A stretch of DNA of 63,233 nt, the filler included, from Rhabdomonas costata (taxonomy: Eukaryota): assembly GCA_019059605.1 (NCBI GenBank). It is 53 parts of 53 records of this genome, joined end to end, with 100 filler letters (N's around TTAATTAATTAA, not from the genome) between each part and the next. Parts side by side here need not be neighbours in the genome. Positions count along the whole stretch, not along the records: positions 10,761 to 11,853 come from JAHMHO010028862.1; positions 11,954 to 13,047 come from JAHMHO010028863.1; positions 13,148 to 14,242 come from JAHMHO010028864.1; positions 14,343 to 15,436 come from JAHMHO010028865.1; positions 15,537 to 16,631 come from JAHMHO010028866.1; positions 16,732 to 17,826 come from JAHMHO010028867.1; positions 17,927 to 19,021 come from JAHMHO010028868.1; positions 19,122 to 20,216 come from JAHMHO010028869.1; 45 more parts are not named here. One strand, given 5' to 3'. The translations under genes and the position numbers were made by a program. Positions within the stretch are counted from its first letter, which is position 1. Each line of letters starts with the position of its first letter. The notes under the pieces are model-generated. The model saw only the letters and a list, made by a program, of their open reading frames with translations, was not told the origin of the DNA and did not search any database. Below are positions 11,047-22,752 of the stretch, in pieces.

Positions 11047-11853
11047 CGCGGAGGCTGAGGCCATGTCCCCACCGAAGCTTTCATCTACAGCGGCCCCGGT
11101 ATCTGTTGAGCCACTTCCCATTCCCAAGCTCACCCTGCCGCCCGCCTCTGCGGACGCGGGCGAGCTGGACACGCCTGCCCCAAGCGGGCGGCTGATCTCG
11201 AGCTCTGCCTTTCGGGGGATAACCTCGGAAACTCTGGCGGCTCTTCGTCAGTCCGCTCGGCAGGTTGTTGCTTCCGTCCCAGAGATCGTCACCACTCCTG
11301 CCAGCTCCCTCGCCACTGGACCCCACGGGGACGACACCCCTTCTACGGACCTTTCGGCTTCGCTCACTCTTTCGATCCCAGAGATCATGACCACCTCGGA
11401 CTCCTCTGCCCCGAAATCCGCACCCCCCGACGACAGCGTCTGTTTGGCGGACCTCACAACAACGATTACCATCGCTATTCCCGACATTGTTACCACTTTG
11501 GAGGACCCATCCTCTGCTCCGAGCATGGCGCCACCGGAGGACAACCCCTCGTCCGAGGATCATACAACTTCCATCACCATTGCAATTCCGGAAATGGTGA
11601 CAACCTCGGAATCAGCTTCTGCCCCAGCCCGGCTCCCCCAGGCTTTTTCAGACGACGACGGGGCCACGACCATCACAATTGCTGTTCCCGAGATCCTCCC
11701 TGCCAGCGCCAGTGCCACCCCGCCCCCGGGCCCCAGGTTTTTCCCTGAGGAGCCTTGCACCGCGATGCTCCCGGTGCCAGAGATCATCACCACGGGCCCG
11801 GACTCGCCCGATGTCGACACTACCTCCCACTACGGTCACCACCACAACCACCC
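11047..11853 (+). CDS. Ser/Thr/Pro/Asp-rich disordered protein with six ~30-36-aa repeats
   Basis: Long open frame after acceptor ttcttcgcag; repeat cores VPEIVTT, IPEIMTT, IPDIVTT, IPEMVTT, VPEILPA, VPEIITT. Confidence 0.8.
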
Positions 11854-12256
11854 NNNNNNNNNNNNNNNNNNNNNNNNNNNNNNNNNNNNNNNNNNNNTTA
11901 ATTAATTAANNNNNNNNNNNNNNNNNNNNNNNNNNNNNNNNNNNNNNNNNNNNGGTGGTTTGTTTTTGCGCCTGTGAACACCGTTGAATTTTCTCTGTTC
12001 CATTTCTGTCGCGAATTCATGCGACACCTCAGGTTTAGTAAATGACGTCAAACCTTAATGAAGCAAAAGTATTCGCTCTGCCTCTGTGCCTGGCATGGTT
12101 AGAGTTTTGGCGCTATTTCGCCGGCCGCTCTGTTTGATTGCGATTGGGAACGTCATACTCCCTGCACTTGCAGCTCATCCTATTCGACGCAATGCGGTGT
12201 TGTGCCGCTCACACATCACCTTTGTAGTTTCTTGAAGTACTTAGTTTTCGGGTGAT

Positions 12257-13026
12257 ATGGCTGTGGTTGGTGTGCACGAGCATGAGCTGAAGCCCGGGGT
12301 GAACGAGGAGGAGTATCGGACTGCCGTCCAGCAGGCTATCCGCGAGATCCAAGTGCCTGGTCTCCTGCGGGCAATTCACATGAAGGGCCTGAAGGGGCAT
12401 CGTACTGCTCGGTATTGATATGCATTCATACCTTTTCATACCTCGATATGCATTCACATTTTCTTTAATGGGGGAGGGGTTCGGAAAAGGGTACGTGGTG
12501 ATGGGATATTTACTTCCTCCGCCCTCCCACCCCTCAAGTTTGGAAACTGAGTAAACCTTTATGAAAAATGCCCCTTCTTAGACTGTGACCGTGTCTGGTC
12601 GATAACGGTGGATGTATTGGGATGGGCTCCCTCTCTACCGAGTGTTGGAGTTGGAAGTCATCAAGAGGCAGAGCATACGTGTACCATGTGTTTGATCCCT
12701 TCTGCACCAGAATGGTACTTCGCTGTTAATGGTCGACTTTTTTCATTGTCATTACTAATGCCAGAGTTACTGCAGCCCTTGGTCTGTGTAGTTGGAACAT
12801 GTGTAGTTGGAACATTTGGAACGAGGGAATATGAGCAATCTGGATGCACTCGGCAGGGTGCTGGGCGAATAATTTCCCCTTGATTTTCAGGTACGCTGTG
12901 CTATGGTTCTTTGACAGCGAAGCCAGCGTTCAGGCCAGCTTTGGCACGGCCTCGGCGCCGCGGCTGCCGCCCTGCTGGCTGCACTACGAAAACGATATCT
13001 TGGCGCGGTTTTTGGACCGCCCCCCA
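12257..13026 (+). CDS. Small prokaryote-type dimeric alpha-beta barrel-like protein (exons 12257-12411 and 12891-~13026)
   Basis: Spliced MAVVGVHEHELKPGVNEEEYRTAVQQAIREIQVPGLLRAIHMKGLKGHRTAR|YAVLWFFDSEASVQASFGTASAPRLPPCWLHYENDILARFLDRPP; phase-2 GT-AG intron; LKPG...PGL...Y...W.F.S pattern typical of Dabb-fold proteins. Confidence 0.7.
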
Positions 13027-13156
13027 CCCACCAACCACACCCAACACNNNNNNNNNNNNNNNNNNNNNNNNNNNNNNNNNNNNNNNNNNNNTTAATTAAT
13101 TAANNNNNNNNNNNNNNNNNNNNNNNNNNNNNNNNNNNNNNNNNNNNGTTGTGGTG

Positions 13157-14028
13157 GTCCAGTCAGGTCCGGGTGTCACAGTGTCCCCCACCTTGAGCTG
13201 AAAAAGGGGATCACGAAGGAAAGCAGAAAGCGTGGGGACGGAACGACCGCAAAAACAAAAAAACAGGAAAAATAGAACTCTCGCGCATCGAGCGGCGCTG
13301 TTATAGGCAGGAGAATAGCTCTCTCCCCTCCAGTTCTTGGATAACCCTTCTGGGTAGCCAAACCATATCACGGGCTTTCCCAGTACCTACCCAGTATCTT
13401 GACAGAGCGGAAATATACATTGCCGCAAAATTCAGAGCAAAAGCAGCGGCTGGATATGGGGAATTTGTTCAAGCTGTGGGTTTTTCAACAGTACGCCTCC
13501 CGTCCATTACCATGGGCCCTTCGCTGCTCAGTTCAGCTCGACTCATTCATTGATAACCACATTTTTGTGTTGTAAACAGGCAAAAGGCTCCACCTGGATC
13601 GCATTTACCGAGGCACCCCCGTCCAGCAAAGTCTGGATAAGCCTTGCTGGGGCGTCCTTCAGAGCTGCCGCGCAGCGCAAGGGGGTGTTCCAACGGGAAT
13701 CCTGCACAAAGCATGGAAGTAGCCCCCCCCCCGGCAGTGCGTGTGAATAGGTGGGTGAGGTCAGGCGGATTCGTCTACTAAAAGCCTTCAGAAAAACTCC
13801 CACGGCTGCCCCACCTCAGCACCGAAGCACCCCGACACAGTCTACCTGACAACTGTAGAAATAAATACCAGCCCTTCCACTATCACATCTGTCTAACGGG
13901 AGAAACGGGTAAAAGGGCTCTCATCTCACCAGCTTGTCTGGCTTCGCTCCAGCTTTCAGAAGAGAGCTCACAGCGGTCACGTTCCCCACCGTGGCGGCAT
14001 AGTGCATGCCCATCTTACCAGTGACGTC
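13157..14028 (-). CDS. Ankyrin-repeat protein, possibly followed by a Mib/HERC2 domain (exons 14028-13930, 13701-13594, 13197-~13157)
   Basis: DVTGKMGMHYAATVGNVTAVSSLLKAGAKPDKL and DSRWNTPLRCAAALKDAPARLIQTLLDGGASVNAIQ are ankyrin repeats; LKVGDTVTPGPDW resembles the Mib/HERC2 VG..V.RGPDW motif. Confidence 0.75.
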
Positions 14029-14419
14029 CTGAAGCAGCCAAGACGGCGAAAGGGAAGGGACAAAGAGAGAGGAAGGGACTGAATGATATTTCAGCGCGGA
14101 TACCAATGGAAAACAGAGCGACGCAAGAGCTCCGTATGACCTAATGTGCATCTCACATAGCGATACAACCAGTCTTCATCCAATCAAACTCCAGCCACTT
14201 CAGGAAACGACAGGACACCACCATTGACCCATCAATCCACTTNNNNNNNNNNNNNNNNNNNNNNNNNNNNNNNNNNNNNNNNNNNNTTAATTAATTAANN
14301 NNNNNNNNNNNNNNNNNNNNNNNNNNNNNNNNNNNNNNNNNNTAGGAAGCCTTGCCCGTGTCCCCTAGAAAAAGGGTCACTGCGAAAGTTATGCCTTCCA
14401 TTTAATTACAAAAAAAAAG

Positions 14420-14737
14420 GTGACGGAGTGGCTAATCCTGCAAGCGCTGTGGGACCCCGCGTGCGCGGGCTTCCTCGCCTCCGAGGTTGCCGGCGGCGCT
14501 GTGTGCGCGGCCTACCACATCGTCACCGGGGCTCCACCCGAAGACCTCTCCAAGGAGGCCCGGGCTGCAGCCTACCTGAGGCACAGCCTGAGCTTCCTCC
14601 GAGTCTGCACCCGTTACCTTCAGAAGAAGTACCTGGAGGCCCAGTCCTCGGAGAGCGATGCGGAAGATGCCGAAGGCGTGGAGGTGGTGGAGTGCGACGT
14701 GGAGCCGGTCTCCCCTCGGGGGTCCTTCAGCTCCTAA
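14420..14737 (+). CDS. Terminal exon, cyclin C-terminal domain-like
   Basis: LILQALWDPACAGFLASEVAGGAVCAAY resembles the L..LSL.D..FL.F.PS.IAAAA pattern; acidic tail and stop follow. Confidence 0.5.
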   Translation: MTEWLILQALWDPACAGFLASEVAGGAVCAAYHIVTGAPPEDLSKEARAAAYLRHSLSFLRVCTRYLQKKYLEAQSSESDAEDAEGVEVVECDVEPVSPRGSFSS

Positions 14738-15545
14738 GCAAAGAGCGGCTGGCTATATTTTATATCTATACGCTTTCTGTTGGGTGGTGTTGGAGTTTAC
14801 ATTGGTTGTCTTTCTTGGGGATAACCGTTGCAGAGGACTCTGTTGTGAAGGTTGTTGGGTGTAGGGTCATGCGGGCACGCCCCACCGTCCAAATGCCCAG
14901 GGCATCGCTGCCCATTGTCCGATGCTCGCGCAGGCGTGAGGAGAGGTGAGCTGGCGTCTCGTTTCGACCTACCATTGGTACGACAGGGGGTTTCTCGTTG
15001 GTTTGTACACCCCCTACCTCTGTTTTGTGTGTGCCTTCTGTTGCCCCGGTTGACCCAGCATATCTTTCTTTGGGGGGGAAGGGGGACGGTCGTCGACCAT
15101 GAACGAGAAACGCAGTTCATATTATATTCTTTGAACCAGTAGGCATTGTGTGCGCGTAACGGCGGTGTTGGTATAACCCCTCCCCCGTCCCTGCTTCATG
15201 GTAACGGCGATTGTGAAAAAGCAACCCGTTGTGCTTTGACTGTTTGAGACTTGTTGGGGGGGCTTAACACCGTTTAACGGTCGAAATTTCTTCAACTCAA
15301 AAATTCGGCATCTAGGGTGCAGTAGAACAATAAAACAACCCCCTTTCCTTAAAAAAAAATATCATCATCTAGTGAGTTAGGCACAGTAAACCTCCGTGCT
15401 CGGAAAATGGCTTTTTTTAAAAAGGTTATGTTGCTGNNNNNNNNNNNNNNNNNNNNNNNNNNNNNNNNNNNNNNNNNNNNTTAATTAATTAANNNNNNNN
15501 NNNNNNNNNNNNNNNNNNNNNNNNNNNNNNNNNNNNGTGTGTGGG

Positions 15546-16573
15546 GCAGGGACAAGCACTCACGACGGGGTGGCCGTGGCCTGCAGCACCTTGCAGTATC
15601 TGGTCGGCACTGTACGGTGCCACTGCTTGTTTGTGACCCATTACCATGTCTTGCTGTCCCTGCTCAAGGACGCTCCCGAAGCGGTTTGTGGGTGTCTCTG
15701 TATAGGTCTCGTCCCCTTGCATTGATAGCGATGTGCAGACGACCTGTCTGCTGTGGATGTACACATAATTACAATTTCAGACTGCAGTACATTAGCCCCC
15801 CCCCTAAATCACTTTTGCATAGCGTTTCTACTCACTTTTTGCATAGCGATTGCTACGCAACTTTTGCGGCTGGCTGAAGGGCGATGCACCTGTCCCCTGG
15901 GATTCCAATAGAAGCTTTTGACGCGCTTTTGCGAGCGATTGCTACGCAGTTTTAAACTGCGTAGCAATCGCTTATGCACGGCATGCGTACCGGGGGGGGG
16001 CGTCCAATGCACCACGCCCAAATTTCATTAACCGTAAGTGTTACAACGTCCGCGGAAATCGTGAAAACTAGCACTTAGCACTTGCATGTTGAAAATACTA
16101 TCACCAGGCTCTGTTCTTTCTTGTAAAAGGCATACATTGGCGCGTACTACATGGCCTTCCTGGGCCGAGAGCGGGACTCATCGGCAGAAGACGAAGCTGC
16201 GGGTGCCGAGCATGCCCTCGCACGTTGCGGGAGCTTTCTGGGTGGCACAGGCTGTGGTCATGAGGCCGCAGAGGACCCCCCGCTGACCTTTCTTTACCAG
16301 CTCCGCCAAGGGGTGAGCCCGTCCTCGTTCGGGCTGCACGTTGCTCGGCTGGCAGGTCACTATTTCCTCGGAATTGCAAGTTTCTTACTTACGCATCGTC
16401 TATTGGCGTGCTCGTTGCACGGTTCCACGGTTCTGCACTGCCCTTCTGTCTCTCCAAATCTTCTCACATCTGTCACACAGGCATTGCGACGGACGTTCTC
16501 CGGGTGGCTCGGGAGAAGTCCAGTGCAATGCTGGCGCAAATGAGGCACTCGTCGGTTGCTGATTCCGGAGACT
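15546..16573 (+). CDS. MSH3: MutS domain V, MSH3-like (exons ~15546-15683, 16130-16355, 16481-~16573)
   Basis: GTSTHDGVAVA...CLFVTHYH, YYMAFL, LTFLYQLRQGVSPSSFGLHVARLA|GIATDVLRVAREKS; both GT-AG introns keep the frame. STHDG favours MSH3 over other paralogs. Confidence 0.8.
15787..16012. mobile_element. MITE-like element in a MutS intron
   Basis: Imperfect terminal inverted repeats (GTACATTAG+C-run / G-run+CGTCCAATGCAC), internal 19-bp-arm palindrome at 15934-15972, and a third copy of the arm at ~15846-15859. Confidence 0.5.
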
Positions 16574-17402
16574 CGAGCCCTGCAGTCTTTCTTCTCACAA
16601 TGGCGTTGATACACATTTACACCCTACTCTTNNNNNNNNNNNNNNNNNNNNNNNNNNNNNNNNNNNNNNNNNNNNTTAATTAATTAANNNNNNNNNNNNN
16701 NNNNNNNNNNNNNNNNNNNNNNNNNNNNNNNAACTGCACACACTCATATAATCTTTCTCTGAAAAGCCGCAAAAAGTCATGGAGGGGATAGTAACAGCGG
16801 TGGGGATCATCGTAACCCATCTCGCCGTTACGCTTCAAACCAAACGCCGACGAAAACAGATGAACGGCTCGAGTGACTGGTTTGACTTGGGCATCATCGA
16901 TCTCTCAGGATGAGTTCTGGGGAGGGTATAGCTCTTCGACTGCAAGAAGCATGCAGAAAAGGGTACGCAGATCGGCCTTCGCTTTGCAACATAGTTCCGC
17001 GTTGAAAACGTCATGCAGAGTTGGGAGAGGAGGGGGTTGGGAATCCAACGTCCGTTTTGCTTGGGGTAAAGTCTCTCAATAAAAAAGGCAGACACTGTAA
17101 GCGTACCCCGAAGGCTACCGCTACTGAAGAGAAAGGAGATACACAGCTCAGCCACAAATCAACAGGGACCACAAACTACAGTGATGCTGCGATATAATAA
17201 GGAAATAAATATTCGGAAGGAGAAGATATGGTGTGGAAGGCGTGCGTGACCCTCCTTGTTGGGGGAGCATTCCAGGGGCGAGAGCCAAGCAGCACTGCCA
17301 AGGATATGAACATCAAAGCCGAGCTGCGGATTCGCTTGCAAAGGTTCCGAGGCAGCCCTTGCCAATTCAGTTAGTTCGCGGTTGCAGTTGGGGCCCACAC
17401 AC

Positions 17403-17590
17403 CAGATGTGCAGGTCGTGGACCTCGGCCACGCCCTTGACCATCATCAGGGTCTGCTCGACCTCCTCGGAGAGGATGTTCGCCGGGGTGCTCTCCATCAG
17501 CACCAACACACTCTCCTTGAGGATCGGGATCGTCGTGAAAACCACCAGGATGGAGAACAAGAAGGTGCAGATCGGGTCGAAGTACCACAT
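17403..17590 (-). CDS. CDF/SLC30 zinc transporter exon (TM6 and cytosolic domain)
   Basis: WYFDPICTFLFSILVVFTTIPILKESVLVLMESTP...VKGVAEVHDLHIW; DPICT and HDLHIW are ZnT hallmarks. Confidence 0.92.
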
Positions 17591-19363
17591 CTTTGAGGGA
17601 GAGGGGGACACAAGGAACAAGGCCCTGATATAATGGTGTCTCAGTTAATTCACACAGTCCAAAAATGTTTACCCCCGTTAACCGCTCGACGGCGATAAAC
17701 GTTTAAACGACATGGGACACTCAACTGCTGGCGAGGGTGAAGACGGGACTGCTCGTTTGTACGTTTATCGCCGTCGAGCGGTTAACGGGGGTAAACATTT
17801 TTGGACTGTGTGAATTAACAAAAACANNNNNNNNNNNNNNNNNNNNNNNNNNNNNNNNNNNNNNNNNNNNTTAATTAATTAANNNNNNNNNNNNNNNNNN
17901 NNNNNNNNNNNNNNNNNNNNNNNNNNGTGGTGGTTGTGTGTCGTGTATTTTGTGTTTGAATGTTTACTTTCTATGTCGTGTATATCGTTTGTGTATGTCG
18001 GAACCGCCCCCGTTTCGACATACACAAACGATATACACGACATAGAAAGTAAACATTCAAACACAAAATACACGACACACAACCGACATACGAATATCAA
18101 ATGCACAATCACGAACAAGAACCAAGAGCAAGCCCGACTGCATCTATCAAAAAGCATAATACTCTAAAAACAAAACCCGTTGGTGTTGAACCGGCATGGG
18201 GGCCGCCAGAGTTCCAGCCTGCAATTTTCTTTCCCTTTTCGAGGAGCCTAATGGTGGAGAGGTGCGTGCATACCGCAAGCCCTCCACGACTGGCGCATCA
18301 CAGCTCCAAAAAATCTAGCTAAGTGCTAAGTACAAAGAAGCAAAAAAAAAAAGCCGACCTACTTAGAGCAATTTTTATGGCACCCCATGAGAGATTTTTA
18401 GCTTCTGCTGCATATCCCACCACTGAGCACTCGTGCAATCCTTTTCCCGAGTTGAAGGGTTATTCGTTCGGGAAAGTTTCCAGAGCGAAAAGACACATGA
18501 GGTTCCGGCACTGCTTTCTCCAAGGCGTGTTCCAAGAAGTCATACCAGCAATGCTGGAGTCATCAATGGGTCTGCAGCAAGCGACGCTAAAGTAGCACTG
18601 CCCTGAGCCACGGCATGGCAATTTTCCTGCAGGCGCAACCTTTGATCAAAGGGGAAAAGAGGCCGAGCGAAATAAGAAGCTTTTTTTGCAAGTCCCGATA
18701 CTTGAACCACTCGATTGCCTACTAACTCGGGTATACCAGTGGGTCACATCGGGGTGCTGTGCCCCATCGTCGCCGATCTTGTGAATGGGAAACCATGTGA
18801 GACAGCAGATGTGACAGAACCGCGGCCCCTTCAAGCACAAAGATAACGGGACAAACGTTTAAAAGTAGAGGTCTGCAGTGACAACCTTGATGTGTGACCC
18901 CAGGGTCACGAGTCCAACATGACTTGACTTCGGAAGGGCACGATGATTGCCTGGCAGACCCCAAAGGAGTGCCTGATAAGCCAGCAAGCCTCTCGTGCGG
19001 GCAAGCATCTTCAACAACACANNNNNNNNNNNNNNNNNNNNNNNNNNNNNNNNNNNNNNNNNNNNTTAATTAATTAANNNNNNNNNNNNNNNNNNNNNNN
19101 NNNNNNNNNNNNNNNNNNNNNGTGTGGGGGTGGTTATAGTCAAGGATAAGTGACTGTTGGCCGCACTGTGCGTGCTGGTTTTTTCCATGAAGTGTGATGC
19201 GTGTGACTTTGTGCTGTTTGTGCATTCGTGTATTCTGTGTGTCCAACAGTAGGCGCGGTGTTCTCGTCAACCGCTCTTTGGGTTCGAATAAACCAGAATA
19301 AACCAACTGCAGCTCTGGCAAAGTTCCCATTCATGTTCGCACGCAGGCCTCCACACAGACCGC

Positions 19364-19758
19364 GTGGCGAAGATCATGCTCAGCGACGGCTACGTCGCCT
19401 CCACCGGCCTCACCTCCGCAGAAGCGCCCCGGCTGGTGGTCCCCTCGGTCCCCAATGCCCTGGCATCCTCTGTGGCCACCACAACGTCTTCGGCGTCTTA
19501 TCATGTGGGCTCTAGCGGTGCACCTACCCCTTCGGGAGGAGGGGGCCAGGCCCCCGCCGAGCTTGCTGTGGTTTTCGTGCGCGCAGGCTTGGATGCCTCC
19601 GCGGCATCGAGTGCCAGTAGCCATGACTGTACCACCACCACCACCACCACCAGCAGTAGCAGCGGCCACGTTGAGCCCGGACCTCCGGAACCCGCTCCGC
19701 CACCGCTCAGTGCGGAGGAGGCCCGCCCTCCGACCCCTCCAAAGGACCTGGACTCCAG
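19364..19758 (+). CDS. Low-complexity Ser/Thr/Pro-rich exon, unknown protein
   Basis: GC-rich open frame ending at AG|gtgagc donor; no recognised domain. Confidence 0.4.
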
Positions 19759-20322
19759 GTGAGCGCGATTCGCTCAGAACCTTTCGTCTTGTCCATTGTA
19801 GGTGCATGCCGCTGCACTGGGTTGCTCAGTGTGCCTTTCTGGAATGTAAAGGAGCAAGAGTCACGGCACTGTTGTAGCAGACCTTAGACTCTGGCAAAAG
19901 CACCCCATCGGCTGACGGGTTTTGGGTCCGGGATGTTTCAGAGGTTTCAAAGGATCAGATTGGGTGTGAGTTGTGTCAGTGTACGTTAATCCATGTGCCT
20001 GCGAGGTAAAGAAAACATGAAAAAAAGAAGCGGGAGAAGACAAAATAGCGGTTTATTTTTCATTAGGGGGGGGGGCAGTGGCAGTTTTACCCGCAATAAG
20101 GCAGCCATTTTGGTTGTTCCCCTGCACCCCTGGAAGATGCTATTTTTTTTTGACGATGGGGGGCTAGGTGTTACGCAATTGCCCTCTTGGTGCGTTGTGG
20201 GGGTTATCAAACCCCCNNNNNNNNNNNNNNNNNNNNNNNNNNNNNNNNNNNNNNNNNNNNTTAATTAATTAANNNNNNNNNNNNNNNNNNNNNNNNNNNN
20301 NNNNNNNNNNNNNNNNGGGCGG

Positions 20323-21109
20323 TGGGGATAAGCAGGTGCTGCCCACCAGGCGCCGCAACGTACTCCTCCAGCAAGCGACTCTGCAGCATCTTCACAAAAA
20401 GAAGCACAGCGAGAAATTTTCTGTCATGGCACGCAGCAAGTGAGTATCGGTAGGACCCGTGCCTTCTTGCCAGCAGTAAATGATTAGAGAAAAAATAAAA
20501 AATGACAGAAGTTGGAAGCAAGGTATTAAAATACAGCCATTTTGCTGTGGTTTTGCATAGCTTGTTTTGGAGTCAACTGATGTTTTACGATATTTAGAGC
20601 ACCTTATCGGGCGCTGGGTCAGATGCCCCTGGGCCTAACTTAGGAGTCGTCCTAACTTAGGGGTCTAATTTAGGAGTATGTGTGTATGGGCTGCTGAAGT
20701 CCACCATTCCAAATTCCAAGGCCACGACTAAACTTGAAATCAACAAAAAATGGGAAAAGTACTGTAGCTTACACATACACATACAGTTCCGTATTCGAAG
20801 TCCTTCAGGTGTGGGGGCGAACAACACTGTCTCTGCTGATTCGGGTTTGGATTCATTGCCAAGAGGGCCAAAAGCAAAGAGAATGTGCAAAAAGGTAAAA
20901 AGAATAAAACTCAGCAGCTCAGTAGGGTGACGCGCCTGAATGGTCTTGGCCATGCCAGTTAGTTGCTCCTGCAGTTCTAGGCGACTAGCAGCGTGGTGCT
21001 CGTCCGTAGGCCTGGAAGCGGCGCGATTGCCTCCGCCACCCGCGACAATACCCCCAACGGCAAGCATGACCACGGAGATCAAAAGCATCAGGAAAAGCCT
21101 CCTGGAAAC
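20323..21109 (-). CDS. Membrane-anchored protein, unknown (exons 21109-20936 and 20389-~20323; GC-AG intron)
   Basis: Hydrophobic segment LFLMLLISVVMLAVGGIVAG, then helical stem ...GMAKTIQ|MLQSRLLEEY joined in phase 0. Confidence 0.4.
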
Positions 21110-22080
21110 CTGTGAAGGGGCAACCCCCAGGCTTTTTGGTCAAGAATCAAGGTAGTTCCAACACGGCTGACACGAAAAGCCCGGTGGAAAGGCAAAAATC
21201 GCTGTAAAAGCTCAGAGGCCTTTTCACTTTTGCAACGTAATACATCAGAAGCAGGTGGGATCCTTCATGTTACGCTGCTGAGAAACCCACCAAATGAAAA
21301 AAATCTCCTCGGAAATTCAAATGTGCGGAACTCGTTCGATTCGCTGCAATGCTTTACGATATATGCATCGAGAATCCGCGAAAACTAGCAGAGTGGTCAC
21401 ACCCACCAACCNNNNNNNNNNNNNNNNNNNNNNNNNNNNNNNNNNNNNNNNNNNNTTAATTAATTAANNNNNNNNNNNNNNNNNNNNNNNNNNNNNNNNN
21501 NNNNNNNNNNNAGTTGAAGCTGCAGCAAACCGTAGTTCAACGCGCTGTCGGGGCTTTTCGAGGACCGGCACCAATGGAGGGTCAACTTTTTGTGGGGTGC
21601 TTCGCATCTGACATCGGAGGATGGGTGGGGTTCTGGGTGTGCTAGGTTTGGGATCACGTGATGATGGACGTACTGGATGTACTGGATATACTGGATGTAC
21701 CTTTGTGTGGGAAGGCTAAACGCAATGTGTTTCCAGCTCCTGAAGCAAAACGATGCAATATGTCGGTTTGCTATAGTCACGGGGGGAGTAGAGCGAGGGG
21801 TGGGGGGCACCTCCGTCACCCTATCCCTTTCCACCCGAGCAACAGCAACCCGCCGAAAAGACACCTATCTCAGAGATTTGATTCAGGGCGAAATGTTGGG
21901 CAAAATCCCGACACACAAAGCAGATGAACACCTTGGGACCTGTGCACGCCCTGGGACACTGTGGCGTTTGGATGCTCTGCTTGGGCATGCCCTGCTCAGC
22001 ATGAATGGTGCGAAAAGATCATTCCCCTCTCTGCGAGTTCAGTGTGAAGAGGGGATATTTGGGGGGTGATCCTTTTCCAG

Positions 22081-22212
22081 GTGGACGGCCACGGGTCCGT
22101 TCTTCGCGACCTGGCTGCAGCAGAGGCGACGCTGCGGCTGCAGATCACCTACCGGGAGGCCTTGCGGCAGCAGGAGAGCGGTGAGCGGAGCTTCCTGGAG
22201 AAGCTTTCGGAG
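22081..22212 (+). CDS. Coiled-coil exon with E-x-x-x-R repeats
   Basis: ttccag/gtatct-bounded 44-codon exon VDGHGSVLRDLAAAEATLRLQITYREALRQQESGERSFLEKLSE. Confidence 0.55.
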
Positions 22213-22752
22213 GTATCTGTGGGGCTATTTTCGGGAGCGGTGTCTGCTTTTGGTGGGGAGGGGGCGGCGGAGGTGTTGATTGTTCCGAAGAACTGCGTAG
22301 ACCAACGGTTTTGGTTTTGGCAGCTGGCTTGGAAGCAGATGGGGTGGGGGGAAACGATCAAGGATGACATGTAGGTGCCTGAGTTCATGGGAGAAGGCAT
22401 AAAGGGGCCAATGCGTTCAGTATGCTTAACGTCAAAAGCCAAAAATTTTGCATGATCCCTACCCATGGTACGCCACTTCCACTTCATTTAGCTTAAAAAA
22501 AATGCTTTCCCAATGGATCGCAAAGTTCCATAGTCCAAAAACCCCAAACGCTGTTAAACGTTTAGCGCCCCCCACCCCTCCAAAAAAACCCAAACACACC
22601 CACCACNNNNNNNNNNNNNNNNNNNNNNNNNNNNNNNNNNNNNNNNNNNNTTAATTAATTAANNNNNNNNNNNNNNNNNNNNNNNNNNNNNNNNNNNNNN
22701 NNNNNNGGGCGGGGGGTTTGGTGCGGGGCGGGTTGGTGTTCACAAAGTGCAC

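Noticed and set aside
17932-18084. Long terminal palindrome as hairpin telomere or MITE
   Set aside because: Near-perfect arms abutting a contig end, the same pattern as about ten other contigs; best explained as an amplification fold-back.
18520-18950. Possible three-exon minus-strand gene including FCHICC
   Set aside because: Several frames splice equally well and none yields a recognisable domain.
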